DNA of 64,000 bases from Gekko japonicus (lineage: Eukaryota), in the NCBI RefSeq assembly GCF_001447785.1, contig NW_015173763.1:1-64000 (forward strand), read 5' to 3'. The number at the start of each line of letters is the position of its first letter. Positions within the stretch are counted from its first letter, which is position 1. Made by a program: the position numbers and the translations under genes. Of the stretch, positions 26,099 through 38,847 are shown in pieces. The notes under the pieces are model-generated. The model did no database searches. It worked only from the letters and a program-made list of their open reading frames with translations, and had not been told where the DNA came from.

Positions 26099-26836
26099 CT
26101 CTCTACATGGGCTTGCCCTTGTCTCAGATCCAGAAGCTGCAGTTACTGCAAAATGTGGCGGTCAGGCTGCTGATGGGACTCTCTATACGAGACCACATCC
26201 AACCTGCACTGAAGGCATTGCACTGGCTGCCAATAGCTTACCGGATCTGTTTCAAGGTGCTGGTTTTGACCTTTAAACCCCTATATGGTCAGGGGCCTGC
26301 CTACTTGAGGGGCTGTCTTTCCCCACATGTGCCCCATAGAGCACTGAGGTCCGGAACAGAATCGCCTGACTCTTCCTGGCCCGAGAGATGTCAAGTTGGC
26401 TGCTACTAGAGCCAGGGCCTTTTCAGTGGTGGCTCCATGCTGGTGGAAAGAGCTCCCAGATAACATCAGGGCCCTGTGGGACCTTTTACAGTTCCGCAGG
26501 GCCTGCAAAATGGAGCTCTTCCACCAGGCCTTTGATTAGGAGCTGCCGCTGATGAATGGGCCACTGGTGAAAGCGCCACTGATGAATGCGCTGCCAGGAT
26601 ACATTTTGGCCTGCACGAAACATTGGCTGGTTTGCTGCTGTTTGTATATTGCACACCACCATCATCATTATTATCATTAGTACTCTTTAGTTGCTTAGGC
26701 AGTTGTATTTATTCTCCATTGTATTTTAATGTATTTATTGTTTTAGTGTTTTAATGTTGTTAGCCCCCTTGAGCCAGTTCTGTGGCAAGGTGGGATACAA
26801 ATTGAAATAATAAATAAATAAATAAATAAATAAATA
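26099..26836 (+). mobile_element. L2-clade LINE 3' end
   Basis: KLQLLQNVAVRLL..DHIQPALKALHWLPIAYRICFKVLVLTFK..GPAYL; (TAAA)n tail. Confidence 0.88.
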
Positions 26837-27621
26837 GCTCTGGACATGTCCAGGCCTTATAAATCTCTTTGCTTTCCAGCACTTGAGGCACTTCTGCCTC
26901 ACAGCCGGCATCACGGGTAGGCTTAGGTGGGCACTCACTGACAAACACCCGCAGTGTAAGTGAAGGAGGGAGTCTGGAGGAATCAGCTGAATGTGGGGGA
27001 GGGGTTGCCTCCTTCCCAGCTCCATTCTGTCCCTCACTCCCTTTCTCCCTGTCCCGCATCTCCCCAGCTTTCCCCTCACAGTCTGCTGTCTGCACACAAC
27101 ATTTGCTCCCGCACGCTTGAGAGGGTTTGGTGTATTTACTGTGGGATGCACTAAAATGAAGGACAGGATTGCCCATTGGGAAAAATGAGAGAGGCTTTAA
27201 GGACCATTGAATATAATGGAAGCCATGAATGCCAATTGACTTACATGGGCCAATTACTTACAATGACTTACATGGCCAATTGACTTACATGGGCTCCATT
27301 AAAATGCATTAGATTGCAACCCTTTGCTTGGCCGCAGTGGAGGGCAATGGTGGTCTTTTGCCCAGCATCCCCAAATCACTAGATCTGATCCAGATATGGT
27401 GTCTAGATCTTTCTTCACAGGAGTCACACTGATTATTAGTTTAACAAATGTAGATATCTATGCTTTTGACCTTTGTCATATGGGTAGAAGACTCAATAAT
27501 GCTGCATATCATGTTTAAGAAACTAGCAACCGCATGTTGCACGCTATGTTCCTGTAAGCCATAAATATTTTAAGACCATTTATCTACATATTTACACTCT
27601 CCTCTTTGATCAATGGATTAG

Positions 27622-27748
27622 GCACAACCCCTTTCTGTATGTAGTGACAAGTGCCATCTTGGTTACAGCAAGCAAATGAAAGAGGGGGAGCCATTCTGCT
27701 GCTATAATTGCATTCAGTGTCCAAAGGGGAAGATATCTGAACAGGAAG
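27622..27748 (+). CDS. V2R-B exon 5
   Basis: ttag|[15 protein letters not shown]...[14 protein letters not shown]|GTGAG; 127 nt. Confidence 0.95.
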
Positions 27749-29106
27749 GTGAGAATACTCATGTACAGAACTATCAGTATGATTGGCTTTGGTTGTAATC
27801 CAGTGAAAGATCTATGAAACGTCAAATATATTGAATCAGTTTTTCGCATCTTATCTTTCTTCAATATTTTGAGGGTGACTTGTAAATAATAGGCAGTTCT
27901 GGTAATATCTAAACAGTAAAGACATTTCAACAATATAGTTGAGTTGCCTGTGGTAATTATCAGTCTGAAGGCCAAACTGGTGAGCCAATCAGTCTTCCTT
28001 ATGGAAGACTATATTGTCTGTTGGCCTAATGGCACATTGCTGGCTGCCAGAGTAGGACGGAGGAATCATACAATATGCTGATATCAGTATTTTGTATCAC
28101 TCACTCCATTGCTTGCATGTTCACAATTACCATCAACCAAAAGATCCACATCTTCATCATTGCATCTTACAGATGCTTGTGACTTACCAGTTCCTCTAGC
28201 AATGGCTGTTTCACCATGGAAACCACCTTCCAAACACATGGGCAAGGATTTTGCCCACTTTCCTGAAACATGGGGCAGGTGCCATATTGAGGAACAGGGC
28301 TCAGAAGAGTCACAAATGGCATGTCAAAGAGCTACATGTGGCTCCAAAGCCACTGAGCGAGTATCACGATGTTAAATATTACAGGGAGGGATGTGGACCC
28401 ATATACTTTGGGCAGTAGAACAAAAAAACAAACAGACAATTGGTGCAGTGTTAGGATTAATTTTAATTCACTCCAAGACCCCGTATGTTTCTCATACATT
28501 TAATCAGGGGACTCTATAAAATACTGTTCTCCAAACACTTCTCACAGCTGTTGCGGCACACAGTGATACATTTGTCAACAGTCACACAGGCAATTATGTA
28601 TCTGTATAAGTAGTTGATCCACAGTCTGAGATCAGACATAATGCAAAAATCATTGTTTAATTCCTCTAACTATAGTTAGTGTGGCTTACTGAACTCTGGC
28701 AATTTCATTACCTATAGCTAGTTTAGAGCATGTTAACACAGGATCTGAAATCAGGGTTTGAATTTTATTAAGCACAGTTAGTCTTAACCAGTTTCACATG
28801 ATGTACAAATACAGTCATCCCAGTTTAATCCTGATTTAATTGTGGCTTACTCCCTGTTGTTGCATTTCACCATTGCCTGCCAAATAAATGCCTGAATTGA
28901 GGAAAGCTGATGAAACCAGCGTTTGTCAAAGCTAACCAGGGCTTGAATGACTGCCTGCAAGGCAAATCCTGTTTTCACAAACTAATTGTATTTCAAACTA
29001 TCCAACAAAGCATGGTATAATGACGAGATTTTTAAAAAAATAATTCTTAAAGAGATTTGTAGGCTGGTAGTTTCACATGATTAATACCAGAACTTCTCCT
29101 TTTCAG

Positions 29107-30008
29107 ATATGGCTGACTGCTATAAGTGCTCAGATGACCGATATCCAAACAAGGACCAAAATGTATGCATCCCCAAAACAGTGACCTTCTTGTCCTATGA
29201 TGAACCTTTGGGGATGAGCTTAGCTATTGTTGCTCTTTCCTTTGGTGTCATCACAGCCCTGGTGCTGGGAACCTTTGTGAGGCACCACGACACTCCCATA
29301 GTCAGAGCCAACAACAGGAGTCTCACTTATACTCTTCTCATCTCCCTCCTGCACTGCTTCCTTTCTGCACTGCTATTCATCGGCTACCCTGATAAGATAA
29401 CCTGTCTCTTCCGTCAAACTATTTTTGGTATTATCTTCTCAGTGGCTCTTTCTTCTGTATTAGCAAAAACTATCACAGTGGTTTTGGCCTTCATGGCCAC
29501 TAAGCCTGGAAGCAGGATGAGGAAGTGGGTGGGGAAAAGCCTGTCCATTTCAATTGTTCTTCCCTGCTGTTTTATTCAAGTAGGTATTTGTGTCATTTGG
29601 ATAGTAAACTTCCCCCCATTCCCAGATACTGACATGCATTCAATGACTGAAGAAGTTGTATTAGAATGTAATGAAGCATCTCCTATCATGTTTTACTGTG
29701 TCTTGAGCTACATGGGTTTCCTGGCAATTGCCAGCTTTACTGTGGCTTTCTTTGCCAGAAAGCTACCTGATAGTTTTAATGAAGCCAAGTTTATCACATT
29801 CAGCATGCTGGTCTTTTGCAGTGTTTGGCTATCCTTTGTTCCAAGCTACTTGAACACCAAAGGGAAATACATGGTAGCTGTAGAGATCTTCTCCATTTTA
29901 ACCTCCAGTGCTGGGGTGCTGGGTTGTATTTGTGTCCCCAAATGCTTCATTATTATGCTCAGGCCTAAGATGAACAACAGAGAGTTGTTGAAAAGGAGAA
30001 ACTGTTGA
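29107..30008 (+). CDS. V2R-B exon 6 (7TM domain, stop)
   Basis: ttcag|AT ATG; intact class C 7TM; spliced CDS 2625 nt = 874 aa. Confidence 0.95.
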
Positions 30009-30777
30009 AGAAGATAAAATGAGGAATGCTCTCTTTTGCTCACCAGATCAGTCGCCCCTCTTCCTTCCCTGCCCACGAGGTAGCCAGGCAGTCCAGAATG
30101 GGAAGTGATTTTAGTTTGACATCTGGAGTTTAACTTTATTTATTGGTACTGCTGTATTTAAATTGTAGAGTTGCTGTGTTTTTATCCATTGTTGTGTATC
30201 TCCCAGAGCTCTGCAGTAACAGGGATGGGTGATTCAAAAATCCAATAAATAAAAATCTAAATAACAACAACAACAACAATAACATCTTCATCATAAATGA
30301 GTTTTCTGGGCAAAGTTACGATAATGAAGGGTAGCAAATCTGGTGACCCAATCTCAGGATTAGTTCTTTAGCATGGCAAGTGGCTTGATTTCCTTGCAAA
30401 GTCACTGCTGTCAAGCAGCATCAGATGAAAATATTGACCTGCTCCCTCCATTGCAGTGGTGCAAATAAAACAAGGAACAGATCACAGAAACCCAAGGAAT
30501 GGGTCAAACATAGTGCCTGAGCTGCAATCTTCTTTCCTAGGACTAAGCCTCATTGAATAAAATGGGACATTTGTTTTTTTTTAATTGATTAGCCACCCTT
30601 TCACCTTACAGAGCTCAAGGCAGCTTACGATATAAATAAAATATTTCTGAATATACCAGTTTAAGACTTCATGCTCAGTCCCCAGGTTCTGAAACAACTG
30701 CCCTCAGATAAGAATCATGGTCCCAGGTATTGAAATGAGTGCTCTTTTAGGCCTTTTGCGGCCTCCCAGATACCACA

Positions 30778-30901
30778 TAAAGGTAAAGGTAAAGGTTCCC
30801 TTGCTCGAAAGCCAGTCGAATCCGACTCTAGGGTTGCGGTGCTCATCTCCGTTTCAAAGCCGAAGAGCCAGCGCTGTCCGAAGACGTTTCCGTGGTCATG
30901 T
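30778..30901 (-). mobile_element. Sauria SINE 3' fragment
   Basis: (AAAGGT)n tail; CCAGTCGAATCCGACTCTAGGG..GCTCATCTCCGTTTC. Confidence 0.85.
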
Positions 30902-31583
30902 CTACTGGTCTACTGAGATGGAAATCCCCTTTTATTCACTGAGCTACTCCCAGGAAGAAGGATTTTATCCTCTTTCTACTTTCAGGGACCACATAGACTC
31001 ATTCCCATGTTTCTCTTGGAAATATCAAATAAGTGTGCATAGAATGCAGTTTTTATTAGTGCCATTTAATAGTATTATGTGTAAAAAAGAAATTAAGTAC
31101 AATGTTCACAGAAAAGGCTAATTGAGTGATATTAACAGGTAGCTGGATGGTTGTTGTCATGCCCCTTCCTCCAACAAAGGAGGATAGGGTTCTGGCTGGC
31201 CGTTGGGACCTTTTCCCCCAGGCTGTTTTGAACTTTAAATAAATGAAATAAATTAATAATAAATATAAAATGGATTTTTAGTCCATGTGTTTACTCCCAG
31301 GAAGGATTGCATTCTCCTTCTGCTTGCAAAAAACCATATTAGATTCATTCCCATGTTTTTCTTGGCAATTGTTCTCATGTAAGTATGCATAGATCCGCAG
31401 TCTGCAGCTTTTTATTAGGAAAGTAGAAAACTCAGAGAAAAGGCTTAAATTGGTGGTATTATGTAGTGGCTGAAGGTTTGGTGCACTGTCCCCTTCTTCC
31501 AACAAAGGAAGATGGGATACATGGGATCACTCCAGGGGTGTTTTGTCCCTCCAGTCCATCTTCAAGCAGGTCTATTTAAGTGA

Positions 31584-31918
31584 GTTGTTCTTTACATCCC
31601 AATATTTCTCTAGATATTCTTTAAAGTCCGTCCAATCTGCAAAAAAATTCTTCTGCTTTGAAAATTATTGAAAAGAGATTGACTTTAAAAGAAGTGTAAA
31701 TGTATAAGAATATTAGTTAAAGGACATGTTACCTATAGATTTTGATTAACGAGTAAAGGAGAAAAGAGGGGAATATAAGATATGGGCTGGAGGTTGGAGC
31801 ACTGTGGGAAGTCAGAAGGGGTGGGGAAATAGGAGAAAAGGATATATATGACATTTAGTAATGTGATATATGTTTGACCTATTAATATATCCTAATAATT
31901 ATTTTTTTAAAAAAAAAA
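31584..31918 (+). mobile_element. L1-type 3' end insertion with a 5' inversion
   Basis: 17-bp TSD CAGGTCTATTTAAGTGA (31567-83, 31919-35); A-tail; inverted ORF2-like C-terminal piece. Confidence 0.75.
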
Positions 31919-33080
31919 CAGGTCTATTTAAGTGAAGAACCCAGCCTAATTCTACTTGTGGAGACCATATTAAACTCATTCCCTTGTTTTTCCAAATCCA
32001 TTCCTTGTTTTATGCATAACTCTGACCTCTGTGCTGAGCTCCTCTGCAAAATAGCTGAGTTCTAAGCAGTAAAGCCATGCTAGCCTACTGTACTCAAAAT
32101 TCTTTAATGAGAACAAAAAAAAGAATGATCTGCTTTAAAACTAGTTCATTTTGGAAGACATTCATTTTGGAAGATAGATTAAAGCATAGTTACAGAAAAA
32201 ATAATTATGTCTGTGCAGTAGTGATAGTAGGATCTAAAAGACAACTTGCATGCCTGAAATCTGAATGTAAGTGCTGTTGTACAGCATCCACACACACCCA
32301 CTAATTCTGGCAAATGGTTCAATGATCAGTTGATCCAATTATTGATGAATCAGTGATATATTTGCGGCACCTGGTGATCACAATACAATCTGAATCCATA
32401 AGAGTTTGAGCATCCCTAGCTAAAACACCCCTTGATAGCTGCCTTATGTTATTCCTTTAAACATTATATTGAGTGTCCAATGTTTAAGATACATTGAGTG
32501 ACATGTTACATTTTTTTCCAGAGGGAACTAGCCATGGATGTTCACAGTCACTGGACACTGTGGGTTCTTGTATATTTTTGGCATGTTGATGAGGGTTTAT
32601 CTGTTGGCCATTTGTGTTAACTTCTGCACATTCTAAAAAGAAAAAGCTGTATTAAATTAAAGGTTATGCTGTCTGTAGATTGGTACTGTGGGTTATTGCC
32701 ATAATATATTCATACAGGAGATTTCATCAAAGGGCCCTTTAAATGCCTTCTCCAAGCCCTGCCGCTGGCACCAGCATGTTGACATGAACCACATGAACCT
32801 CCCAAAGCCATCTGGGAGGTCCCTGGGAGGTTCATGGGGGTGGGATGGCACATACCAAGGGTTTGTAATCCGGTTTGTGCCCAGCAGTATACATTGTATT
32901 TGAGCTTCCCATATTATAGCTTTAAATACCCTCCAAACTTCCCAAAGGGATTTGACCATTTCTTTTCAGTTTCTTCTTTAGAAACCCCCTCATTTGATAG
33001 AAGTTACCTCTTCTAAAGTTAAATGCGGTTCTATTGGTCTTTTGGGGGCAACTCCCTGTTTTTCATAAATGCTAAACAAA

Positions 33081-33605
33081 GGCCCCGTTCACACAGAGCA
33101 TTTGCTGCACTAAAGATATGGATGATAGGCGGATTTTCCAGGCACGATCACACCGCAACATCTGGGAAGTGTAGTGCACCCATGGCTAACCCGTGCCTTC
33201 GTGCCGAAGATACGGAGTAAAAAACTAGTACTTAAGATGTACTGGTTTCTGGAAAACGCAGGGCAAGGGCAGGCGTCTGATCATGTCCCGTCCTAGTCCC
33301 ATCACAAACCGGTTAGGGTTTTTTAAAAAGTCTTCACAGGATGCGCACAAATGATCATGCGCATGCTCACCTTTTGGTGAGAAAAAAATATTCCAGTTTG
33401 CCACGGAAGTGGCACCTAGCGATTGCTGGTGTGATCGCGCCGTGCTGCTTCTTTGCCATGCTGCAGGATAGCTGTGTGATCGGCACCTCATGCCCTAACC
33501 ACGGGACCTCAATGGGACATGTGATTGGGTGGCCGTGCATTATTTTGCTCCAGGGCAAACAGCCACGCTTCCCCCCCACATTTTCCGGCCTGTGTGACCG
33601 GGGCC
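33081..33605. mobile_element. CpG-rich Harbinger-like MITE
   Basis: TIR GGCCCCGTTCACAC / GTGTGACCGGGGCC; internally homologous to 46815-47182 and 57382-57910. Confidence 0.8.
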
Positions 33606-34050
33606 TTAATATATTTTTTTTGGTCATTGTTCCCAACTGGTGCTATCACATTTACATCTCTAACCAGGTTTCAGGCTTTGTGTGGAGGAGCATTGAATCA
33701 AACCCAGTTCTCTAGATTAGAGTCTGCTGCTTTTAAACACTACGCCAAACTGGCAAACAGCTCAGTTGCAGGCTGATGTAACAATTCTGTTGTGATATCC
33801 ACATTGATAAAAATTTTGAGCCAAGGCCTCAGCTTCAGCAAAGTAGATGGAAGCAGATGACATATTGTATTTAATAGATGAAAAGGAACTAAAAGGAAGA
33901 GTCCTAATCAGACATGGTGGGTGAACACCAGAATAAGCAAAAGAGACTTTTTGTCTGTAGGCTTTATAATAGGTTTGGCACATAAATGACCTTCATGAAC
34001 AATGTTTCCAAAAAGAATTCTGAACAGATTCAACAGCATGGGAAAACTTA

Positions 34051-34493
34051 GGCCCTGTCCACACGAGAGGATTAGGGCCGGGAGAGGGACGGAACGGGGG
34101 CGGAGCAAATGGGCGCGATCCCACTGCAACATCTGGGAAGCGTACCGTGTCCGTCCCCGATCCGGCCCTTCCAGTGATGATCTGCACCAAAAAAGAACCA
34201 CCTACCAAGGTGGTTCTTTTCGAACGGCCGCAGCAACGCTGGCCGCGCGATCGCCAGCGCGTTCTTTCACCGGTGCATCCCCGGCTCCTTGCCGAACTGC
34301 GCATGCTCCGACATGCGCAGTTCAGCAGACTCCCGTGCCTTTCTCCCCGTCTCCCCAGCATCTGATCGTGCCGGGGAACAAATGCACAGCGGCTCAGGGG
34401 ATCTGCATGATCCCGCCACCACATGCCTATTTAGGTGCGGCTTTTTAAAAGCCGCACTTTGGCCGTCCCTTCTTCCCTTGTGTGGCAGGGGCC
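34051..34493. mobile_element. CpG-rich Harbinger-like MITE, related subfamily
   Basis: TIR GGCCCTGTCCACAC / GTGTGGCAGGGGCC; shares CAACATCTGGGAAG motif with 33081. Confidence 0.75.
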
Positions 34494-36363
34494 ACTATAG
34501 TAAGATATAGGGTATTCAGTCATTCAACAAATTCACAAAATTTTTCACTCCCATTGAAAATCATAAAAATATCATCCATATATCTGTAATAACTGTAATG
34601 CCTTTTCTCTTTGTGACCTCTCGTACTCAGTATCTTTTGTGGTTTTGTGGTTTCTATTTTTTGCCTTTTACAAAACCCTTACCCACAGGTAACACACAAT
34701 TTAAAAGGGGGGGGGGAAATCTTCAGACAATCAGGTTGGGAACAATAATTATATGAGGTTTCCTTCAGCTATTCCATTTTTATAAATTGGCTCCCAAATA
34801 CCTGATTGAGAAAATCAGCCTTACGATTGCTATGGAAAGTGGACAGCATAGTAGCACTCTGTAACTCCTCAGCGGGATGTTCCCAGTGACGGACTAGCTA
34901 TTAATTTTACCCCAACAATTCCTGGTGAGCCAGAGACAAAGCTAACAGGTCCACTAGTTATAGCAGGCAGCAGAACAATCTACAAAGAAACAGAGCACAA
35001 GAAGAAATAAAGAGGTCAGCCAAAGGATGGACTGTTGGAGGTGGTCTTGTCCTGGAAGGGAAAGGCTGCCCAAAATCACCTTCCATGACATATTCTTCTG
35101 CTATTACTCTGGGCTTCTGTGGGAGTTCCAGTCTAGCCCATTTTAAGGTGATTACAAAGCTGCTACTTCTCTAGCAAGTATTCTGCAGGACTGCAGCCAG
35201 CACTTGATACATTTTAATTTGGAAGAGATCAGTCATCTGGAAAAAATTGCTGCTTTGGAGGATGGAGTCTACAGCATTATACCCTGATGAGGCCCTTCCC
35301 CTCCTCAAATCCTGTCCTTCACAAGTTGCACCCCCAAATCTCCAGAAATTTCCCAACCCTGAGTTAGCAACCCTGCTCCTTGCCAGCATCCAGTGGGAAT
35401 GTGCATTGTTCAAAATTTATTAAGATCCTCCAACAAAGGATCTGGGGTGTGCACTTGCTGGAGTCATCTGTGGCTGATGCCAGAATGTGTTGCACTCATG
35501 CTTGGGAGCATGAGCTATACCAGGTGGATCCAAAGGAATGATAAGGAGCATGTAAGTTTATGTTAGGGAAATAATTTTTACTAGCTACTTTAGAGAATTC
35601 TGTTTATTTAGACTTTTTAGTCTTTTCACCATTTCTGCTCAATCAGACCCATCACTTTTCACTTTGCTGAGGGGTGTGCACAGTTTAAACTATCACCATA
35701 ACTGTCACAAACCCTGCTGTCACTGACTGTGCCTTGGCTTCTGTGCAGACCATTCCATTGCTCTTCACTGTTTTTCTCTCATGCAAGTTAGCATCAACTT
35801 CCATGTCTTTTTTTCCTACTGGAATACAATTTGCTGAACCTCCTCTTACCACAGCAGCCCATTGTTCTCCCCAAAATGTCACTCCTGGGAAACAGAAGAC
35901 TTCAGAAACAGCATAAGAAGCAAACTGGAGATCTGCAAAAGGAAAGGGGGAATTGGTGGGAACTACCCCTCCCTTTCTGTTAGCAGAAAATTTAGTCTGG
36001 ATCTAACCCATACAATTCTGTTCAGATAAGACAAAGAAGTTTCCAAGGAATACCAAAGAGAACACACACCTTTAAGTACAGAAACCTGTAACTATCAAAC
36101 AAAACTATCAAACAAGATTCTTCCACTTACTAAATCACCTGGGGAGGCCTGGTATCCAATAACACCGTGAATAACTGTGGTAGTGTCTAGGGACACACAG
36201 GGCGCCATCAGGTTATGTTGATACTTCTGGCTTCAAGACCATCAATAGATGCAAATAGTGTTCAGGTTATACATTTGCAATTATGGAGATTTTCCTGACA
36301 GTGCTGTAGATCCTAATAAGAGGGGGTGGGAGTCTGTGTTCAGTGGGAAGACCTGCTCCCGGG

Positions 36364-38019
36364 ATGGTGATACTCTTGGTGTTGCTGCTGCTGTTGCCTC
36401 CACTAGTGTGTAAGGGTCATGCTGTTAAATGTAAGATTGGGCATCCTCATGATATTCTTCTATTGGTAGCAGGAGCTCCTTTGCATATTAGGCCACACAC
36501 CCCTAGTGTAGCCAATCCTCCAAGAGCTTACAGAGCTCTTCTTACTGGGGCTACTGTAAGCTCTTGGAGGATTGGCTACACTAGGGGTGTGTGGCCTAAT
36601 ATGCAAAGGAGCTCCTGCTACCAGTAGAGCCCTTCTCACAAGTATCTACTTCCTGGAGATCTCATCTTGGGTGGTCTTATTTACAATACATTCTTCATCT
36701 CTACTCCAGAAGACTTCACCCAAGAACTTTCTGAGCCTCTAAATGAAGATGACTTGTAAGGCTATTTTTTCTGTCTAGGTTTCATTTTCTAGCACATCAA
36801 TGCATGTCAACAGGCTTGAGCTATAACAATGAAAGCCTCTTAATTATAGTCTTGTTTGGTGGTTGCATGGTTCTGAGGTTGAAGGAGTGTGTGGCAATCC
36901 TAATTTTGCACTTCATTCCCCTTCCACTGTTACATTTTGAAAGTTTCTTTAACAACAAGATCCCCGTTTGGCAATGCAGTTTCACATGGCGCATACAAGA
37001 GTGTCATGCACAGTGCAGAGGATCAAAGTTGCAGACCCAACTCAAACACTTTGCCTGGGACCGAATGAATGAATCTTAGAAGTTCCAGCCTCAGATCAGG
37101 AATGTTTTATTCTGCCGCAGACATGATTCTAAGAACTGGTAACTTCAACAAGCAAGCCCTTTATTATATATACATAGAGAATACTTCTAAGCTTGAAACA
37201 TCAGTCAGTTTTCTTTTTCAACGTTTTCCTTTAAATTTATTTACATGTTGTTTCCCAATTTTCGGTTTCCATTTAATCATCTACTCTGCCATACTTACCC
37301 AAAATGTTTAATCTCTTTAATCTTATTTTATGACCCATTCTTTATCCCTATTCAGACAATAATCTTTGCCTTTGTATTTTTGGGGTTTCCAGCTTCCCAC
37401 CACAATTATCCGGATAGATTGACCCCCCTCCTTCAAGACCACCAGCTACCCATAATTTAAGAGATCATCTGAAAGTACCAGCAGAATTATTTTTTCTCTC
37501 TGGACCATGGTCAGAGCACTAACATACACTAAAAAGTATATCAGAATGTGTGGGTGTGCTTGTGTCTCTGTGCATTTCTAAAGTGCTTCTAGGAATGGGA
37601 GGTGGGATGCATGTTAGTGCTGTACAGAAATGTTTTTAAAGATGAAGAAAAGTGTAGAAAGGTGGGCTATTTTTTTTTACAAGAATGCACAATACGCTAT
37701 TAATAAATAATGCAAATCTGTTTGTAGTGCAATGATTCAGAACTATCAGCATGTTCTGGCCATGGTACTTGCTGTAAAGGAGATAAATGAAAATCTCAGG
37801 CTGTTGCCCAACCTCACCTTGGGTTTCCGTATCTATGACAGCTGTTTGAATGTAAAGTGGACCTACCATGCCACTCTGAAACTTCTTTCACCCTGGAACA
37901 GACTTGTTCCCAACTACAGGTGTGACATGACGGACAACCTATTTGCAGTATTTGAAGGTCTTGCATCTGTGACCTCCTACCTAATACCGAGAGTTTGGAG
38001 TATGTACAAGTTTCCTCAG
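36364..38019 (+). pseudogene. V2R-C, partial/disrupted: exon 1 (36364-36755) with a 177-nt MITE insertion carrying a TAG; exon 2 (37728-38019) intact; exons 3-6 not found
   Basis: MVILLVLLLL...HPHDIL[insert]HKYLLPGDLILGG...DD L|GTAAG; exon 2 is 292 nt with tgtag/CAG|GT and open; no exon 3 before the N-gap at 38999. Confidence 0.8.
36460..36636. mobile_element. Palindromic MITE inserted in V2R-C exon 1
   Basis: Perfect 70-bp inverted repeat (36464-36533 / 36554-36623) with a 20-nt loop. Confidence 0.9.
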
Positions 38020-38329
38020 GTACATGTTGGATTTTGCCAGATTCATGTTGACAGCTCCTTTCCCACAGAACCATGTGCTTGCATCCATGTATTTACATGT
38101 GCAAATATCCAGTTTTGTCAAATACCTAACTAAAATTTTTAATAAATAAATATTCTTGTCTGGTAAGAAGCACTTATTAATATTCATGATCATTTTTTTG
38201 TCATTGAAGAAGGTGTGCTTGTCTTTTTCATTTAATACACGTTTAAAATTGGTGGGTGGCAATTTCTTTTGCATATCTAGGCTCTACCTTTTCAAGATAT
38301 TTTCTATTTTTTCTTTAAATCATGATTGC

Positions 38330-38500
38330 AAAGGAGTAGCCATGTTAGTTTGGCATAGCAAACTAAAATAGAAGTCCATTGAACCTTAGAGACTAAACAG
38401 ATTTATTTCAATATGAACTTATGTCACAGCCCACATTGCCAGATATCTTATGCTGAAATAAGTGTTGTTAGTCTTTAAGATGCCAATGGACTTCTATTTT
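38330..38500. mobile_element. Degenerate Penelope-like terminal repeat in inverted arrangement
   Basis: GTAGCCATGTTAG..AAGTCCATTGAACCTTAGAGACTAA versus TTAGTCTTTAAGATGCCAATGGACTT. Confidence 0.55.
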
Positions 38501-38847
38501 TTAAAAAAATCTTTAAATAATATAACCTTGTGGTGTGGAGACAGAGATGGGTACATTCCATGTAATAGGACAGAATCATTAATAGACAATCTAAGTGGAA
38601 GGGATACAGTGTTGCTCTTTTCATTTTTATCTACCATTTATTAAAAATCTTTTTAAAAATTAAATGACATTAACTCTCTTTCTTCAGTTTACCAAAGAAT
38701 GCACTGCTTTTCTTCATAGAGGTAAAAGTATAATCTAGAAATTTTTCCTCTCGTCAAGGTCACTGCTGCTGTGTAGTTAGGAAACAGTTATCTTATCTTG
38801 GTCTGGAACACTGATATAGTTTCATGGTATCTATCATTGCTGAATCA

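Noticed and set aside
26545-26628. CTGATGA...GAAAC motifs suggesting a hammerhead
   Set aside because: They come from a 15-bp triple tandem repeat in an L2 3'UTR; no convincing stem III or cleavage triplet.
27232-27293. Short repeats GCCAATTGACTTACATGG with spacing, superficially CRISPR-like
   Set aside because: Eukaryotic DNA; a simple local tandem repeat with no unique spacers or cas genes.
29349-29357. His in V2R-B TM2 (LLHCF versus the usual LLLCF)
   Set aside because: A single substitution; no basis for a functional claim without a family alignment.
33993-34510. Overlapping 140-150 aa ORFs, also at 46682-47200 and 57444-57804
   Set aside because: Open only because the MITEs are GC-rich; no transposase or other domain motifs.
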